A stretch of 64,000 nt of DNA from an uncultured Alphaproteobacteria bacterium (lineage in GTDB: Bacteria > Pseudomonadota > Alphaproteobacteria > UBA6615), in the NCBI GenBank assembly GCA_964276015.1, contig CAXYDO010000001.1:74627-138626 (forward strand), given 5' to 3'. The notes under the pieces are model-generated. The model had not been told where the DNA came from. It did not search any database and worked only from the letters and a program-made list of their open reading frames with translations. The translations under genes were made by a program, and so were the position numbers. Shown piece after piece: positions 1 to 10,420 of this stretch (its first letter is position 1; each line of letters starts with the position of its first letter).

Positions 1-137
1 AACGCAGGGTCTTTCACGACCGCATCGGCGAAATAAGCGGGAATAACGAAGGTCAGCACCACAGCAGGGAAGGGTGAGCTGGCCCAGTCGAAGACGCACC
101 ATGCGCCGACGGCCTTCCGATCAAACGGGAGCCTCAC
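1..137 (-). CDS. Partial N-terminus of an MFS transporter (UMF1/Atg22-like); the gene continues past the window start
   Basis: Reverse translation gives MRLPFDRKAVGAWCVFDWASSPFPAVVLTFVIPAYFADAVVKDPA, matching the YDWANSAF...PAYF N-terminal motif of UMF1-family MFS proteins. GTG start at 137-135 overlaps the upstream gene stop as GTGA. Confidence 0.35.
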   Translation of the reverse strand, partial: MRLPFDRKAVGAWCVFDWASSPFPAVVLTFVIPAYFADAVVKDPA

Positions 138-1060
138 GTATCCTCTCCACTTGCTTTGACCTGGCGGCGACGCCAGTTGGCGATCACCACTCCCAGAATG
201 ACGAGCACAAACCCGCCAATCATCTTGGTATTCACCTCTTCACCGAGCAGTAACCCGCCCAGCAACAGCGCCATCAGAGGATTCATCGGCAGTGTCACGG
301 CCACAAGTGTGGGCGTCGTGTTGCGCAGGGCCCAGAGCCAGAGCATGTAGGAAATCACCGCCCCCCCGAACCCCAGAAACGCCACCACCGCCCAGCCGGT
401 TGATGAAAGGTCCGGCGTGAATGCTGGCGCCCCTGTCGCCGTTGCAAACAGAAACAATAGCGCCGATCCGGGCACCACGCCGGTCACAACCGCGACCAGT
501 GGGGGATAGCGCTGCAACCAGCGGCTCGACCACACGCCATAAATGGCGGTGACCAGGGCGCCGATCAACACCAGACCATCCCCAATCCACGCATCAGGCG
601 GTGCGCCCGCTGTCTGGCCAAGCGCAAAAACCACACCTGATGTGGCAATGATGATGCCGACGACTTTCTGCAGGGTCGGCTTCTCGATCCCGAACGCCCC
701 GGCGATCAGCAGGCTCATGAACGGCGCGGTCATGTAGGCCAGCGCCCCGCGCGAGGAGGTGGTAAAGGCCAGCGCATTTGAAAAGATGAACTGCAGGCCG
801 CCGAAGAACATCGCGCCCATTGCCCCCATGACGAGCAATTCGCGGGGCGACGGCCACCGGCGGATAACAACGAGGGCGATGGATGTCAGCACCACCGCCG
901 CGATGAAATTACGCAAAAAGGCAATCGTGACCGGCTCGGTTTCCATCACCAGGAACCGCATCGCGACGAACGCCGAGCCCCCCAGCGCGGTCGACAGGCA
1001 CGCCGCGAGCGCTGCCGGAATCGCAAGGTTTTTCGCAGGGGGCGTGGTGCTTTGGGTCAC
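134..1060 (-). CDS. DMT superfamily (EamA-like) transporter
   Basis: 308-aa polytopic membrane protein of about 10 TM helices arranged as two EamA-like halves. GTG start at 1060 with an upstream GGCGGA. Confidence 0.75.
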   Translation of the reverse strand: MTQSTTPPAKNLAIPAALAACLSTALGGSAFVAMRFLVMETEPVTIAFLRNFIAAVVLTSIALVVIRRWPSPRELLVMGAMGAMFFGGLQFIFSNALAFTTSSRGALAYMTAPFMSLLIAGAFGIEKPTLQKVVGIIIATSGVVFALGQTAGAPPDAWIGDGLVLIGALVTAIYGVWSSRWLQRYPPLVAVVTGVVPGSALLFLFATATGAPAFTPDLSSTGWAVVAFLGFGGAVISYMLWLWALRNTTPTLVAVTLPMNPLMALLLGGLLLGEEVNTKMIGGFVLVILGVVIANWRRRQVKASGEDT

Positions 1061-1147
1061 GTAGGGTCCGCCAATAACCGCCGACGCAAACCGCCGACAT
1101 TGCTGTTTAGCGCAGCCGTCTACCCGGCGCCATGCCCTCGCGCGGCC

Positions 1148-4100
1148 CTAAGAGGCCAACAACCCGCGCAACTGGCCATTCGCAACAGTTAGCATGGCCA
1201 GATCAACGGTTACACTTTCCCGCAGGGAATCGAGCACCTGGCAGGTGCGTTCCACAGCACCGTTGCGGGATTCGATCCACGTCGTGATCACGCCCTCGGC
1301 CGCACGCGGACCCAGCTTCCCGCCGCCGGCCACTTCGAGTACCCGGTTTGTCAGGGTGGATTGGTGCCCATAACTGTCATCAATAATCGATTCGATCGCC
1401 AGCCGTTCCCAGTCCGAAGCCGCTGAGACACCGCGCGCGGTGTGCCGCAACCAGTCGATGCCAAGGCGCGCGCCGAGTTCGAAATAGACCCGCCCCGTGT
1501 CGAGAACCGGAACATTTGAATCCCGGGCGATCTGCACGACGTCACCACCAGCGGCCAGAACATCCAGGCTCGCCACCTTGCGGGCCAACGCCTTGGGCAC
1601 CCCCGCCGAAACAAGCCGTTTGGTCTGAGCCTCGATATCCCGACGGTCTTCCTCGGCGACAATCTCGGGGAGGTTGTCGACCAGAGAATGAACCCCGGGG
1701 GCGTAGCACCCGATGGTGGATTCAATGTCGAGCGGACGACGTGCGTTGTTCAGAAACCAAACGGTCATGCGCTCGACGAGCATCTCCAGCTCATGGGCCA
1801 TATCCATTTGGACTTCGGCTTCAACCTTAAGGTCCAGACCTTCAATGTCGCGCCATACCGGACGCAGATCGAAGGCATCGCGCGCGATCACATAGGCCCG
1901 CGCGATATCGTCGGGCGCAGCACCCGAACGTTCCTGCAAGTCCTGCACGAAGGTGGCACCCACGCGATTAACGAGCGAGTTGGTGACATAGGTCGCCACA
2001 ATTTCGCGCCGCAAACGGTGGCGCGACAGCTGGGTTTCAAACCGTTCGCGCAAAGGTTTGGGGAAATACCGCGCCAAATCCTTGACCAGATAGGGGTCGT
2101 CGGGGACCTCGGTCGGCAGCAAATCACCATACAGCGCGATCTTGGCGTGGGAAAACAGAACCGCGTATTCCGGGCGGGTCAGTCCAAGATCATCGTCCTG
2201 AAGGCCCTGCATTTCTTCATCATCGGGGAGACGCTCGATTGCCCGATCGAGCAATCCGCGACGCTCCAGGGTGCGCATCACACGCCACTGGGCCTCCAGC
2301 ATTTCCGGGGCCCGTCGTTCGGCCTGGGAAATGGCCTGGGTCTGAAGATAGTTGTCGTTCAGCACGAGGCGGGACACTTCATCCGTCATCTTCACCAGCA
2401 GGGCATCGCGCTGCACCAGGGTCATCGCGCCGCCCGACACCACATCATCGAGGGCAATCTTGATATTCACCTCGTGATCCGAGCAGTCGACACCGGCCGA
2501 ATTATCGATGAAGTCCGTGTTCAGGCGTCCGCCCTTGCGGGCATATTCAATTCGCCCAAGCTGGGTGAGGCCCAGATTGGCACCTTCGCCAATGACCTTG
2601 CAGTTCAGGGTCTCCGCATCGACGCGCACCGCGTCGTTGGAGCGGTCATCCGCGTCGGTCTGGGATTCATCGGAGGACTTGATATAAGTCCCAATGCCGC
2701 CAAACCAGAGCAGGTTGACCTCCGCGACAAGGATCGCGCGGATCAGCTCATTGGGGGTCATGGCATCCCGGCTGACGCCGACCGCGGCCTTCATCTGGGG
2801 ACTCAGTTTGATCGACTTGGCGCTACGATCAAAAATCCCACCGCCCTTAGAAATCAGCTTCGCGTTGTAATCGGTCCAGCTGGAACGAGCCAGCGCAAAC
2901 AAGCGCTTGCGTTCGGCAAAACTTTTGGCCGGATCCGGATCCGGGTCAAAGAAGATATGCAGGTGATTGAACGCGGCAATCAGCCGGATGTGTTTGGATA
3001 ACAACATCCCATTGCCGAAGACGTCACCGGACATGTCGCCAACACCCACAACCGCGAAATCCTCGCTCTGGGTGTCATGACCGATCTCGCGGAAGTGGCG
3101 CTTGACCGATTCCCAGGCCCCCTTCGCGGTAATGCCCATTTTTTTGTGGTCGTAACCTGCCGAGCCACCCGACGCGAAAGCGTCACCCAGCCAGAATCCG
3201 TAATCCTGGCTGATGCCGTTGGCGATATCGGAGAAGGTCGCGGTTCCCTTGTCTGCGGCGACCACTAGATAAGGATCATCCGCATCAAGCCGCACCACAT
3301 CGCGGGGAGCCACGATCTTGCCGTCGACAAAATTATCGGTGATATCAAGCAAGCCCCGGATCAAGGTGCTGTAGCAGGCCACGACCTCTTCCTGGGTCGC
3401 CTGCCGGTCCGCCTGAGGATCACCAGTCGGGGCCGGCAGCGCCTTACAGACAAAACCGCCTTTCGCGCCGACCGGAACGATCACGGCATTCTTGACGGTC
3501 TGGGCTTTCTGCAGCCCAAGGATCTCGGTACGGAAATCTTCCCGCCGGTCCGACCAGCGTAGCCCCCCACGGGCAACATCGCCACCGCGTAAGTGACAAC
3601 CTTCCATCCGCGGGCTGTAGACAAAGACTTCCTTCATCGGTCGCGGCTCAGGCAGCTCGTCCACGTTCTGACTGTCGATCTTGAAGGACGCATAAGACTT
3701 CAGCGCCCCGTCGTCCTCGGTCATGAAGAAATTGGTGCGCAGGGTTGATTCAATGGCGTTGAAAAAACGGCGCAGGATTCGATCTTCATCCAGGTTGGCA
3801 ACCAGATCAAACCCCGTGGTAATCTGGCCCCAAAGTTTTTTGGCCCGCCGTGTTCCCGCGGTGGTGCCGGCAACTTCCGGATCAAACCGGGCAAAGAACA
3901 GCGCCACAATGGCGCCCGCCAAAGCCGGGTTGTTTGCCAAAGTCTCTTCCATATAGGCCTGGGAGAACTGGATCCGGCTTTGTAGCAGGAATTTGCAATA
4001 CGCCCGCAGGATCAGAATTTCACGCCATTCCAGGCCGGCGCCGAGCACAAGGTTATTGAACCCGTCATCAGCAACCTGGCCAGCGAACACTCGCGCAAAA

Positions 4101-6031
4101 CACGTATGAAACGGCTCGCGCACCGTCGCGAGATCAATATCGGCCCCGCTGCGGGATTCCATCGCAAAATCATGGACCCAGATTTCGCCGTCGGTTTCGC
4201 CGTAGAGATAGCTCACACCGAAAGGCTCTTCGCCAATCACCTTCAACCCCATGTTTTCGAGCATCGGGATGACGTCGGATAACGGCAGGGCCGAACCGGC
4301 GTGATAAAGTTTTAGATGCACCGTTGAGGCGGGCTCATCAGCCGGCCGGTACAGGTTGAGTTGCAAATCGCCCGAGACACGCGCGGCGTCAATCAACGCG
4401 ATATCGTCGACCCCATCAGCAGGCCTATAGCGGTCCCGATAGGCCGCCGTGAAAGCCTGGCCAAAGCGACGGAACATCGCCAGACCGGCTTCCTCGCCGC
4501 GGGCCTCTACCAGCGCATCGCACAGGCGGTCTTCCCATGATCGGGTGGCCTCGCGCAGCGAAGTCTCGATTTTCTCGACATCATAAGTCGGGATGCCATC
4601 CGGTCCGATTTTGATCACATAGAGAATTTGCGCCAAAACGGATTCGGTTCCGAATTCGGGATAGAACGCAGTCAGGCTACCCTTGAATGCGTCTTCGAGA
4701 ATATTCGAAAGCTTGATCCGCAAATTCGTATCGTAGCGGTCACGGGGCACATAGACGAGGCCGGTGACGTAGCGCTTGAACGGGTCCTCTCGCACAAACA
4801 ATGCAGTGCGTTGACGTTCCTGCAGGTGCAAAATCCCCAGACTGTTCTCCAGCAACAAATCGCCATTGATCTGTAACAGTTCATCGCGAGGATAGTTTTC
4901 CAGAATATGCGCCAACGCTTTGGCGTCATGGCTGGCCGGCGGGAATTTCGCGCGAGCGAGAGCCGTCTCCACCTTGCTGCGCAGCATCGGAATATTCATC
5001 GGGGACAGGCTGTAAGCCGCCGACGTGAACAAGCCGACAATCATCCGTTCGCCAGTCACATGGCCCTTGTCGTCAAAGGTTTTCACCCCGATCACATCCA
5101 TATGAACGCGGCGGTGAACCGTGGCGCGTTGATTGGCCTTGGTGATCATCGTCAGCTGAGGTTGTCGGATAAACGAACGTACCTCTTCGGGCAGCGAGGC
5201 ATCCTCGGCCCAGTTCTCGAATATCGCGCGATCGGCATCCCGCAAAACGCCGAGCCCGCCGGGTTTGGAGGTCAGGCGTTGCTTTGCCCCCTTGCCCTTA
5301 TGGCTGTACTCGCGATAGCCGAGGAAGGTGAAATGGTCATCGCACAGCCATCCTAAGAATTCCCGGGTCTGGTCAATTTCTTTCTTTTCGATGGCCGGAG
5401 GTCGGGCTTCCAGATCCGCAATAATATCGCGGACCTGGGCATTCATTTTCGGCCAATCCTCGACCGCCGCCCGGACATCCAGAAGCACTTGCTCCAGGCG
5501 GCCGGTCAATCGCGCCAGTGCCGCCGGATCGGTCTGCTCGCTGACTTCGATATGCATAAAGCTCTCGGACTGGGCGCTGCCGTTGATCGATGGCTGGCAG
5601 TCCGTGAGCTTCCCCTTTGCGGTTCGCGTAGCCGCAAATATCGGGTGAATCACGAGATAAACGGTCAGGCCCTGGTAGTTAAGTTCCGCGGTCAGCGAAT
5701 CCACCAGGAAGGGCATGTCATCCGTCACAATCTCGATGACGGTGTGGGACGACTGCCAGCCATGGGTCTCGAGACGCGGATTGAACACGCGGATCAATGG
5801 TTCGCCCGCCATGCGCTTCTGGGCGAGCGTCCAGCAGGACGCCCCCGCCCCGAACAGCATCTCCGGGCTTGAGGATGAAATATCTGCCGGTGGCACATTG
5901 GCGTAGAAAGCACCGATGAATGCGGCGCAGGCCTTGCCCGCATTCTTACCGAGCTTATCGGTGGCGATCGCTGCTGTTTTGGCGACGAGGTTCTTCTTCC
6001 GGGATTTGCTACGCGGTGCCATTCGGGTCAT
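1148..6031 (-). CDS. Large NAD-specific glutamate dehydrogenase (about 180 kDa GdhB/GdhZ type)
   Basis: 1627-aa ORF with the conserved GDH core GGLRWSDRREDFRTEILGLQKAQTVKNAVIVPVGAKGGF and the long N- and C-terminal extensions typical of this family. The real start may be the second ATG at 6022 (MAPRSK...), which has better SD spacing. Confidence 0.9.
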   Translation of the reverse strand: MTRMAPRSKSRKKNLVAKTAAIATDKLGKNAGKACAAFIGAFYANVPPADISSSSPEMLFGAGASCWTLAQKRMAGEPLIRVFNPRLETHGWQSSHTVIEIVTDDMPFLVDSLTAELNYQGLTVYLVIHPIFAATRTAKGKLTDCQPSINGSAQSESFMHIEVSEQTDPAALARLTGRLEQVLLDVRAAVEDWPKMNAQVRDIIADLEARPPAIEKKEIDQTREFLGWLCDDHFTFLGYREYSHKGKGAKQRLTSKPGGLGVLRDADRAIFENWAEDASLPEEVRSFIRQPQLTMITKANQRATVHRRVHMDVIGVKTFDDKGHVTGERMIVGLFTSAAYSLSPMNIPMLRSKVETALARAKFPPASHDAKALAHILENYPRDELLQINGDLLLENSLGILHLQERQRTALFVREDPFKRYVTGLVYVPRDRYDTNLRIKLSNILEDAFKGSLTAFYPEFGTESVLAQILYVIKIGPDGIPTYDVEKIETSLREATRSWEDRLCDALVEARGEEAGLAMFRRFGQAFTAAYRDRYRPADGVDDIALIDAARVSGDLQLNLYRPADEPASTVHLKLYHAGSALPLSDVIPMLENMGLKVIGEEPFGVSYLYGETDGEIWVHDFAMESRSGADIDLATVREPFHTCFARVFAGQVADDGFNNLVLGAGLEWREILILRAYCKFLLQSRIQFSQAYMEETLANNPALAGAIVALFFARFDPEVAGTTAGTRRAKKLWGQITTGFDLVANLDEDRILRRFFNAIESTLRTNFFMTEDDGALKSYASFKIDSQNVDELPEPRPMKEVFVYSPRMEGCHLRGGDVARGGLRWSDRREDFRTEILGLQKAQTVKNAVIVPVGAKGGFVCKALPAPTGDPQADRQATQEEVVACYSTLIRGLLDITDNFVDGKIVAPRDVVRLDADDPYLVVAADKGTATFSDIANGISQDYGFWLGDAFASGGSAGYDHKKMGITAKGAWESVKRHFREIGHDTQSEDFAVVGVGDMSGDVFGNGMLLSKHIRLIAAFNHLHIFFDPDPDPAKSFAERKRLFALARSSWTDYNAKLISKGGGIFDRSAKSIKLSPQMKAAVGVSRDAMTPNELIRAILVAEVNLLWFGGIGTYIKSSDESQTDADDRSNDAVRVDAETLNCKVIGEGANLGLTQLGRIEYARKGGRLNTDFIDNSAGVDCSDHEVNIKIALDDVVSGGAMTLVQRDALLVKMTDEVSRLVLNDNYLQTQAISQAERRAPEMLEAQWRVMRTLERRGLLDRAIERLPDDEEMQGLQDDDLGLTRPEYAVLFSHAKIALYGDLLPTEVPDDPYLVKDLARYFPKPLRERFETQLSRHRLRREIVATYVTNSLVNRVGATFVQDLQERSGAAPDDIARAYVIARDAFDLRPVWRDIEGLDLKVEAEVQMDMAHELEMLVERMTVWFLNNARRPLDIESTIGCYAPGVHSLVDNLPEIVAEEDRRDIEAQTKRLVSAGVPKALARKVASLDVLAAGGDVVQIARDSNVPVLDTGRVYFELGARLGIDWLRHTARGVSAASDWERLAIESIIDDSYGHQSTLTNRVLEVAGGGKLGPRAAEGVITTWIESRNGAVERTCQVLDSLRESVTVDLAMLTVANGQLRGLLAS

Positions 6032-6541
6032 TCCTTCGGGGGTTCAACCAGCGCCAACTGCCCTTGGTTATGCCGTGAAAGTCGGCGTACAGGCTAACCC
6101 TACGATTAGGTTCGGTAAAACATGGTTAACACACCAACCGTGCACCACGGCGGGAAACCCGGGGAACGTCATGACGTCAGACAGCCTTCACAACCACGAC
6201 AACACCGCCGCACAAAATGATCCACCCACCCGGTCGCCCTGCGACTGAGCCTGCCTTTGCAAGGCCGCCCGGTCTTCTTCTCGCTGATCGCGGGGCGCGA
6301 ACGCCGCTCGCCCCGTCGACTGGCCTTAGAGCACCACCAACACCCCCTGCGCACGTTCGGCAATATCGTATTCATGCTGTCGAGCCTGACCGGCTTTTAC
6401 GCGCTCGCCCTGTTTGGGGTTCTCCTGATCGGCTCAATCCTAGAATTCTAGGGATCATCGATTGGGGCCTTGCCTCATCCAGAGCTTTCAGGAACGCTGT
6501 CAGGTGACCACTTCCCGAGCCATCCGCCAGGAGTTCTTGCC

Positions 6542-7579
6542 TTGCGTCTCGTCACATTCAGCATTCCAGCCAAACCGGATTTCCGCCTCGGTGCGCTGGT
6601 CAACGGCGATGAGAAAATCATCGACCTCACCGCTGCCGCCCATAGTCTCGACACAGACATGGCGGATTTTGCCAGCATGCTGGATCTGATCGACGCTGGT
6701 CCGGCAGCGCTCGACCGCGCGCGGGTTCTATGCGACCGCGTCTTGCAGGATGGGGTCGAACCCGCGATTCACGCGAGTTCCCGTGCCACGTTGAATGCAC
6801 CCCTGCCAAACCCCCGACGTTTACGCGATTGCACCTGCTTTCTCCAGCACCTGCGAAATGCGCGCGCCGTCCGCTGCACCAGACTGGCCGCGCGGGAGGC
6901 CAATCCTGACGCGGCGATGGCAAAATTCCGGGCATCCGGCGCCCTCGACGTTCCGGCAGAGTGGGAGGCGGCCCCGGTCTATCTCAACAGCAACCATCTC
7001 AGCATCATCGGACCCGACGACGATATCGCCTGGCCCGACGAAGCCCGGCGCATGGATTACGAGCTCGAATGGGCGGTCGTGACCCGATCGGGCGGCAGCA
7101 ACATTCAGGCCGACACCGCCGCCGAACATTTTTTCGGCTTCACAATTTTTAACGACATCAGCGCCCGCGACCTGCAGGCCATTGAAATTCGCACTGGGGC
7201 GGGCATGGGGGGGCCCGGCAAGGATTTTGACGCCGGAAACATTCTCGGCCCCTGCATCGTGACCACCGATGAAATCTCTGACCCCTATAATCTGACCATG
7301 ACCGCCCGGGTGAACGGCGAAGAATGGAGCCGCGGGAACACCTCCATGATGGACCATCGCTTCGAAGACGTGCTGGCCCATCTCAGCCGCAGCCAGGCCG
7401 TCCACGCGGGAGAGGTCTTCGGTTCGGGCACCGTGCCCACCGGCTGCGGACTGGAGCACAATCGCTACCTCTCCGATGGGGATACCGTCGAACTGGAGGT
7501 CGAAGGAATCGGCACCCTGCAGAACCGGATCGTGAAACCCGCCGGATGGCGCGACCGCCCCACCCCCGACAAGAACTAG
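6542..7579 (+). CDS. Fumarylacetoacetate hydrolase (FAH) family protein
   Basis: FAH-fold motifs are present (GFTIFNDISARD, GKDFDAGNILGPCIV). The track ORF begins at a TTG at 6470. A TTG at 6542 preceded by AGGAG at 6527-6531 gives the usual MRLVTF-type N-terminus. Confidence 0.75.
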   Translation: MRLVTFSIPAKPDFRLGALVNGDEKIIDLTAAAHSLDTDMADFASMLDLIDAGPAALDRARVLCDRVLQDGVEPAIHASSRATLNAPLPNPRRLRDCTCFLQHLRNARAVRCTRLAAREANPDAAMAKFRASGALDVPAEWEAAPVYLNSNHLSIIGPDDDIAWPDEARRMDYELEWAVVTRSGGSNIQADTAAEHFFGFTIFNDISARDLQAIEIRTGAGMGGPGKDFDAGNILGPCIVTTDEISDPYNLTMTARVNGEEWSRGNTSMMDHRFEDVLAHLSRSQAVHAGEVFGSGTVPTGCGLEHNRYLSDGDTVELEVEGIGTLQNRIVKPAGWRDRPTPDKN

Positions 7580-7590
7580 GAAGCGATCAC

Positions 7591-8130
7591 ATGCCACGCG
7601 ATATCCGCCGGGTCATCACCGGCCACGACAAGAACGGCAAGGCCGTCGTCTTAATCGACGAGGCCATGACCCCCGACCTCGGCCATGTGCTGACCCCAAC
7701 CGGCCAGCCCAATGTGCGCCTGTCCGATATCTGGATGTCAGGGTCCGTGCCCGACACCAACGCCGGCAACAACGATAGCGTGGGGGACAGTGTCACGCTG
7801 GAACCCCCGGCAGGTGGTACGGTCTTCCGGGTGCTGGAACTGCCGCCGGATTCCGAGCGCAACTACGACCAGATGAAGGAATATTTCGAGAAAATGGGCG
7901 CCGGTGACCGTCTCGACGGACAGAAGCATCCCGGTATGCACAAAACCAAATCCATCGACTATCTGATCATGATGACCGGTGAAGTTTGGCTGATACTCGA
8001 CGACGAGGAGGTCTGCCTGAAAGCCGGGGATGTCTGCGTCCAGCGCGGCACAATCCACGCCTGGTCCAACCGGACGTCCGAACCCTGCCTGATCGCGGTC
8101 GTGCTGCTCGACGCCGACCCTCTCGATTAG
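7591..8130 (+). CDS. Cupin domain protein
   Basis: ATG at 7591 follows AGGAAG. The C-terminal cupin beta-barrel motif is GDVCVQRGTIHAWSN. The upstream part of the track ORF overlaps the FAH gene and is not coding. Confidence 0.7.
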   Translation: MPRDIRRVITGHDKNGKAVVLIDEAMTPDLGHVLTPTGQPNVRLSDIWMSGSVPDTNAGNNDSVGDSVTLEPPAGGTVFRVLELPPDSERNYDQMKEYFEKMGAGDRLDGQKHPGMHKTKSIDYLIMMTGEVWLILDDEEVCLKAGDVCVQRGTIHAWSNRTSEPCLIAVVLLDADPLD

Positions 8131-8240
8131 CCTGCCTTTTCGAATAAAATTTGTGCCCGGGCGCGGGTTGAGGCGACCGGGCCACTACGCCACAATCAAC
8201 CCAATATGATTTCGCGACAGCCAACATACGGAGCCAATCC

Positions 8241-8723
8241 ATGGGCCTGAATTTCATAGAGCATATTCTCATCCTCACCGATGACCCGGACGGGACGCGC
8301 GACTGGTGGGTCGCCAATCTCGGATTCCGGTCCGGTGACCATCCAGAGTTCGGATTTCCGGTCCATTGGCTCTATATCGGCGACCAGGACGTGGTCCATA
8401 TCGGCAAGGCCAACCACTCCGATCATCAAAATGAATATCTGCGCCCCGGCGACGAAAGCGCAGCCGCCAAGGCCGAAGCCAGCAGCGGCTCCGGACGGAT
8501 CGACCATGTCTGCTTCAATTGTTCGGGGATCCAGGAATTCGTGGACCGGCTGGAAAGCAACGATATCAAATACAACGAGCGACAGGCCCATGATCAGTCC
8601 CTTTATCAGCTGTTTTTTATGGAGCCAATCAATGGTATTAAAGTCGAATTGAACTTTTCGGCCGAAGAGGCGCGGGAATCTCTCCGTTTTGCCGGCCGCA
8701 CTGCTGCGGATGCAGCCCAATAG
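8241..8723 (+). CDS. VOC family (glyoxalase/bleomycin-resistance/dioxygenase) protein
   Basis: 160 aa with a VOC-like N-terminus MGLNFIEHILILTDDPDGTRDWW...HVCF. Confidence 0.7.
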   Translation: MGLNFIEHILILTDDPDGTRDWWVANLGFRSGDHPEFGFPVHWLYIGDQDVVHIGKANHSDHQNEYLRPGDESAAAKAEASSGSGRIDHVCFNCSGIQEFVDRLESNDIKYNERQAHDQSLYQLFFMEPINGIKVELNFSAEEARESLRFAGRTAADAAQ

Positions 8724-8839
8724 TTATGTAACTGGCAAAGATTGTTTCAATATTTGAAAAATTTTTCTCATTTTTGTTCCCTGAGGTGTCCCAACCCGAT
8801 ACAATTCCATACGACAATAACGATAAATCACTAAAAGGG

Positions 8840-9850
8840 ATGGTTCACCGCATGTTAAAATTTACCAAAATTCCGCTTCTAGCGGGTGCCGCTATTGCTG
8901 CACTCGGTCTGGCAGCGACCGCACCAAAGTCGGTTTCAGCCGCTGATTTCCCCAGCAAGCCTGTGCAACTTCAGGTGCCGTTTAAGCCGGGTGGCGGGGC
9001 GGACCGTACATTCCGACTCTTTGCCCCCTACCTATCAGAAGAGCTGGGCGTCCCAGTTAAGGTAACCAACGTAGCTGGCGGCGGCGGCTGGGTTTCTTGG
9101 GGACAAGTTACGAATACTTGGAACAAGAAAAAAGATGACCACAAGCTGGCCGTCGTAAATATTCCTCACATCTTTTCTATGCTGAATCCAGCAATGAAGA
9201 GAAAAGAAACACTTGAATCATTCAACTTTCTAGCTTGGCATTCCTACGACCCTGGTCTTTGGCTGGTGCGCTGGGATGATGAGCGGTTCAAAAATCTGCA
9301 GGACGTCCTCGATTATGCGGCGAAAACGCCCCTCATCGTCGCACCAGGCAGCTTAGGAAGTGATGACCACATAGGTGTTGCATTCGCACAGCAAGCTTTT
9401 CCAGATTTTAAGACAAAGTTTGTAATGAGTAAGGGGGACAATGCAAAGATCCAGCTACTCCTTGGCAAGCATGTCGATATGGTTGCAGCAAATGTTGGCT
9501 ACTACATTAATGGTATCCTTGAGCGCAAAATGCGCCCAATCGCTGTCATGCATACGGAGCCCTGGAGAATGCTGCCGAGCGTGCCAACATTCACTGAACT
9601 TACGGGTAAACCGAATGTCACATACGCTGGGCGGACTATTGCAACAGCGAATGGTCTTGAAGAAGAAAAACGTGCCGTTTACTTGGCGGCTGTTGAGCGT
9701 GCCATCACCAACCCTGCATACATGGCGAAGGAAGTGGCAAATAAAAATCACCTGATGTTCTTAAAAGGTGAAAACATGTGGAATATGCTGCGAGCTGGCC
9801 AAAAGGTCGCGGAACAAGCGGCATACTGGAAACAAAAGGACGTTCAGTAG
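8840..9850 (+). CDS. tctC: Tripartite tricarboxylate transporter substrate-binding protein (TctC/Bug family)
   Basis: Signal peptide MLKFTKIPLLAGAAIAALGLAATAPKSVSA followed by Bug-family motifs FPSKPVQLQVPFKPGGGADRTFR...VTNVAGGGG. ATG at 8840 (or 8852) is preceded by AAAGGGA. The track start at 8774 is a TTG. Confidence 0.85.
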   Translation: MVHRMLKFTKIPLLAGAAIAALGLAATAPKSVSAADFPSKPVQLQVPFKPGGGADRTFRLFAPYLSEELGVPVKVTNVAGGGGWVSWGQVTNTWNKKKDDHKLAVVNIPHIFSMLNPAMKRKETLESFNFLAWHSYDPGLWLVRWDDERFKNLQDVLDYAAKTPLIVAPGSLGSDDHIGVAFAQQAFPDFKTKFVMSKGDNAKIQLLLGKHVDMVAANVGYYINGILERKMRPIAVMHTEPWRMLPSVPTFTELTGKPNVTYAGRTIATANGLEEEKRAVYLAAVERAITNPAYMAKEVANKNHLMFLKGENMWNMLRAGQKVAEQAAYWKQKDVQ

Positions 9851-9882
9851 CCTAGAATTTTGGCATTTACGTTAATTTTAAA

Positions 9883-9912
9883 CACGCCCCGCCAGAATTT
9901 AGGCGGGGCGTG
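9883..9912 (+). terminator. Intra-operon stem-loop between tctC and tctB (attenuator/partial terminator)
   Basis: Inverted repeat CACGCCCCGCC-N8-GGCGGGGCGTG followed by a T-rich stretch, 33 nt after the tctC stop. Confidence 0.45.
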
Positions 9913-9950
9913 ATTGTTTCGAATTTGCTGATCACTAAGTGAGAAATTTC

Positions 9951-10400
9951 ATGACGAGATTGTTAGCGGAAAGACTAGTTGCCCTCGGCATTATCGTTGC
10001 CGGCGGATTTGTGTATTTATTAACACTAGAATTCCCTGGGCGCTCAGATGCATTTCCTGATTTTGCTGCAATCTCAATTGTGCTGCTAGCACTTGGTATG
10101 CTGGCAAGGTCATTTACAAGCCGAGATATTGAACGATTAAAGGGATCGGTAATATTTGATTTTCGTTACGAAGCATGGAAACCCCTTTACGTTATCATTG
10201 TTGGTGTAATTTATTCTATCTCCGTCATATATATCGGCTTCTATACGTCTTCATTTGTATTCTACTTTGTTGTGACCTACATGACCGGGCTTAGAAATCA
10301 TAAAGTTATAATAATGACCGCGGCATTCTTATTTCCTCTTCTTTACGCATTTTTTAGCCTGGTACTAGATGCCTACTTGCCAGAAGGACTGCTCTTTTAG
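9951..10400 (+). CDS. tctB: Tripartite tricarboxylate transporter small permease TctB
   Basis: About 150-aa protein with four TM helices, lying between tctC and tctA. ATG at 9951; the track GTG start is at 9939. Confidence 0.7.
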   Translation: MTRLLAERLVALGIIVAGGFVYLLTLEFPGRSDAFPDFAAISIVLLALGMLARSFTSRDIERLKGSVIFDFRYEAWKPLYVIIVGVIYSISVIYIGFYTSSFVFYFVVTYMTGLRNHKVIIMTAAFLFPLLYAFFSLVLDAYLPEGLLF

Positions 10401-10420
10401 AGCCGCTTCGAGGATAAGAC

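Noticed and set aside
1688-3001. A 437-aa plus-strand ORF, plus many further ORFs of 60-200 aa, inside and antisense to the 4.9-kb GDH gene
   Set aside because: Stop-codon depletion on the antisense strand of a GC-rich coding region is expected. The translations are low-complexity Arg/Gly/His-rich and overlap an unambiguous gene.
6375-6452. A 25-codon ORF encoding a single hydrophobic helix (MLSSLTGFYALALFGVLLIGSILEF) in the 500-bp divergent intergenic region between the NAD-GDH and FAH genes; possible small membrane protein
   Set aside because: There is no Shine-Dalgarno sequence and no recognisable family. It is too short to judge by codon statistics, and GC3-rich hydrophobic peptides arise easily by chance in GC-rich DNA.
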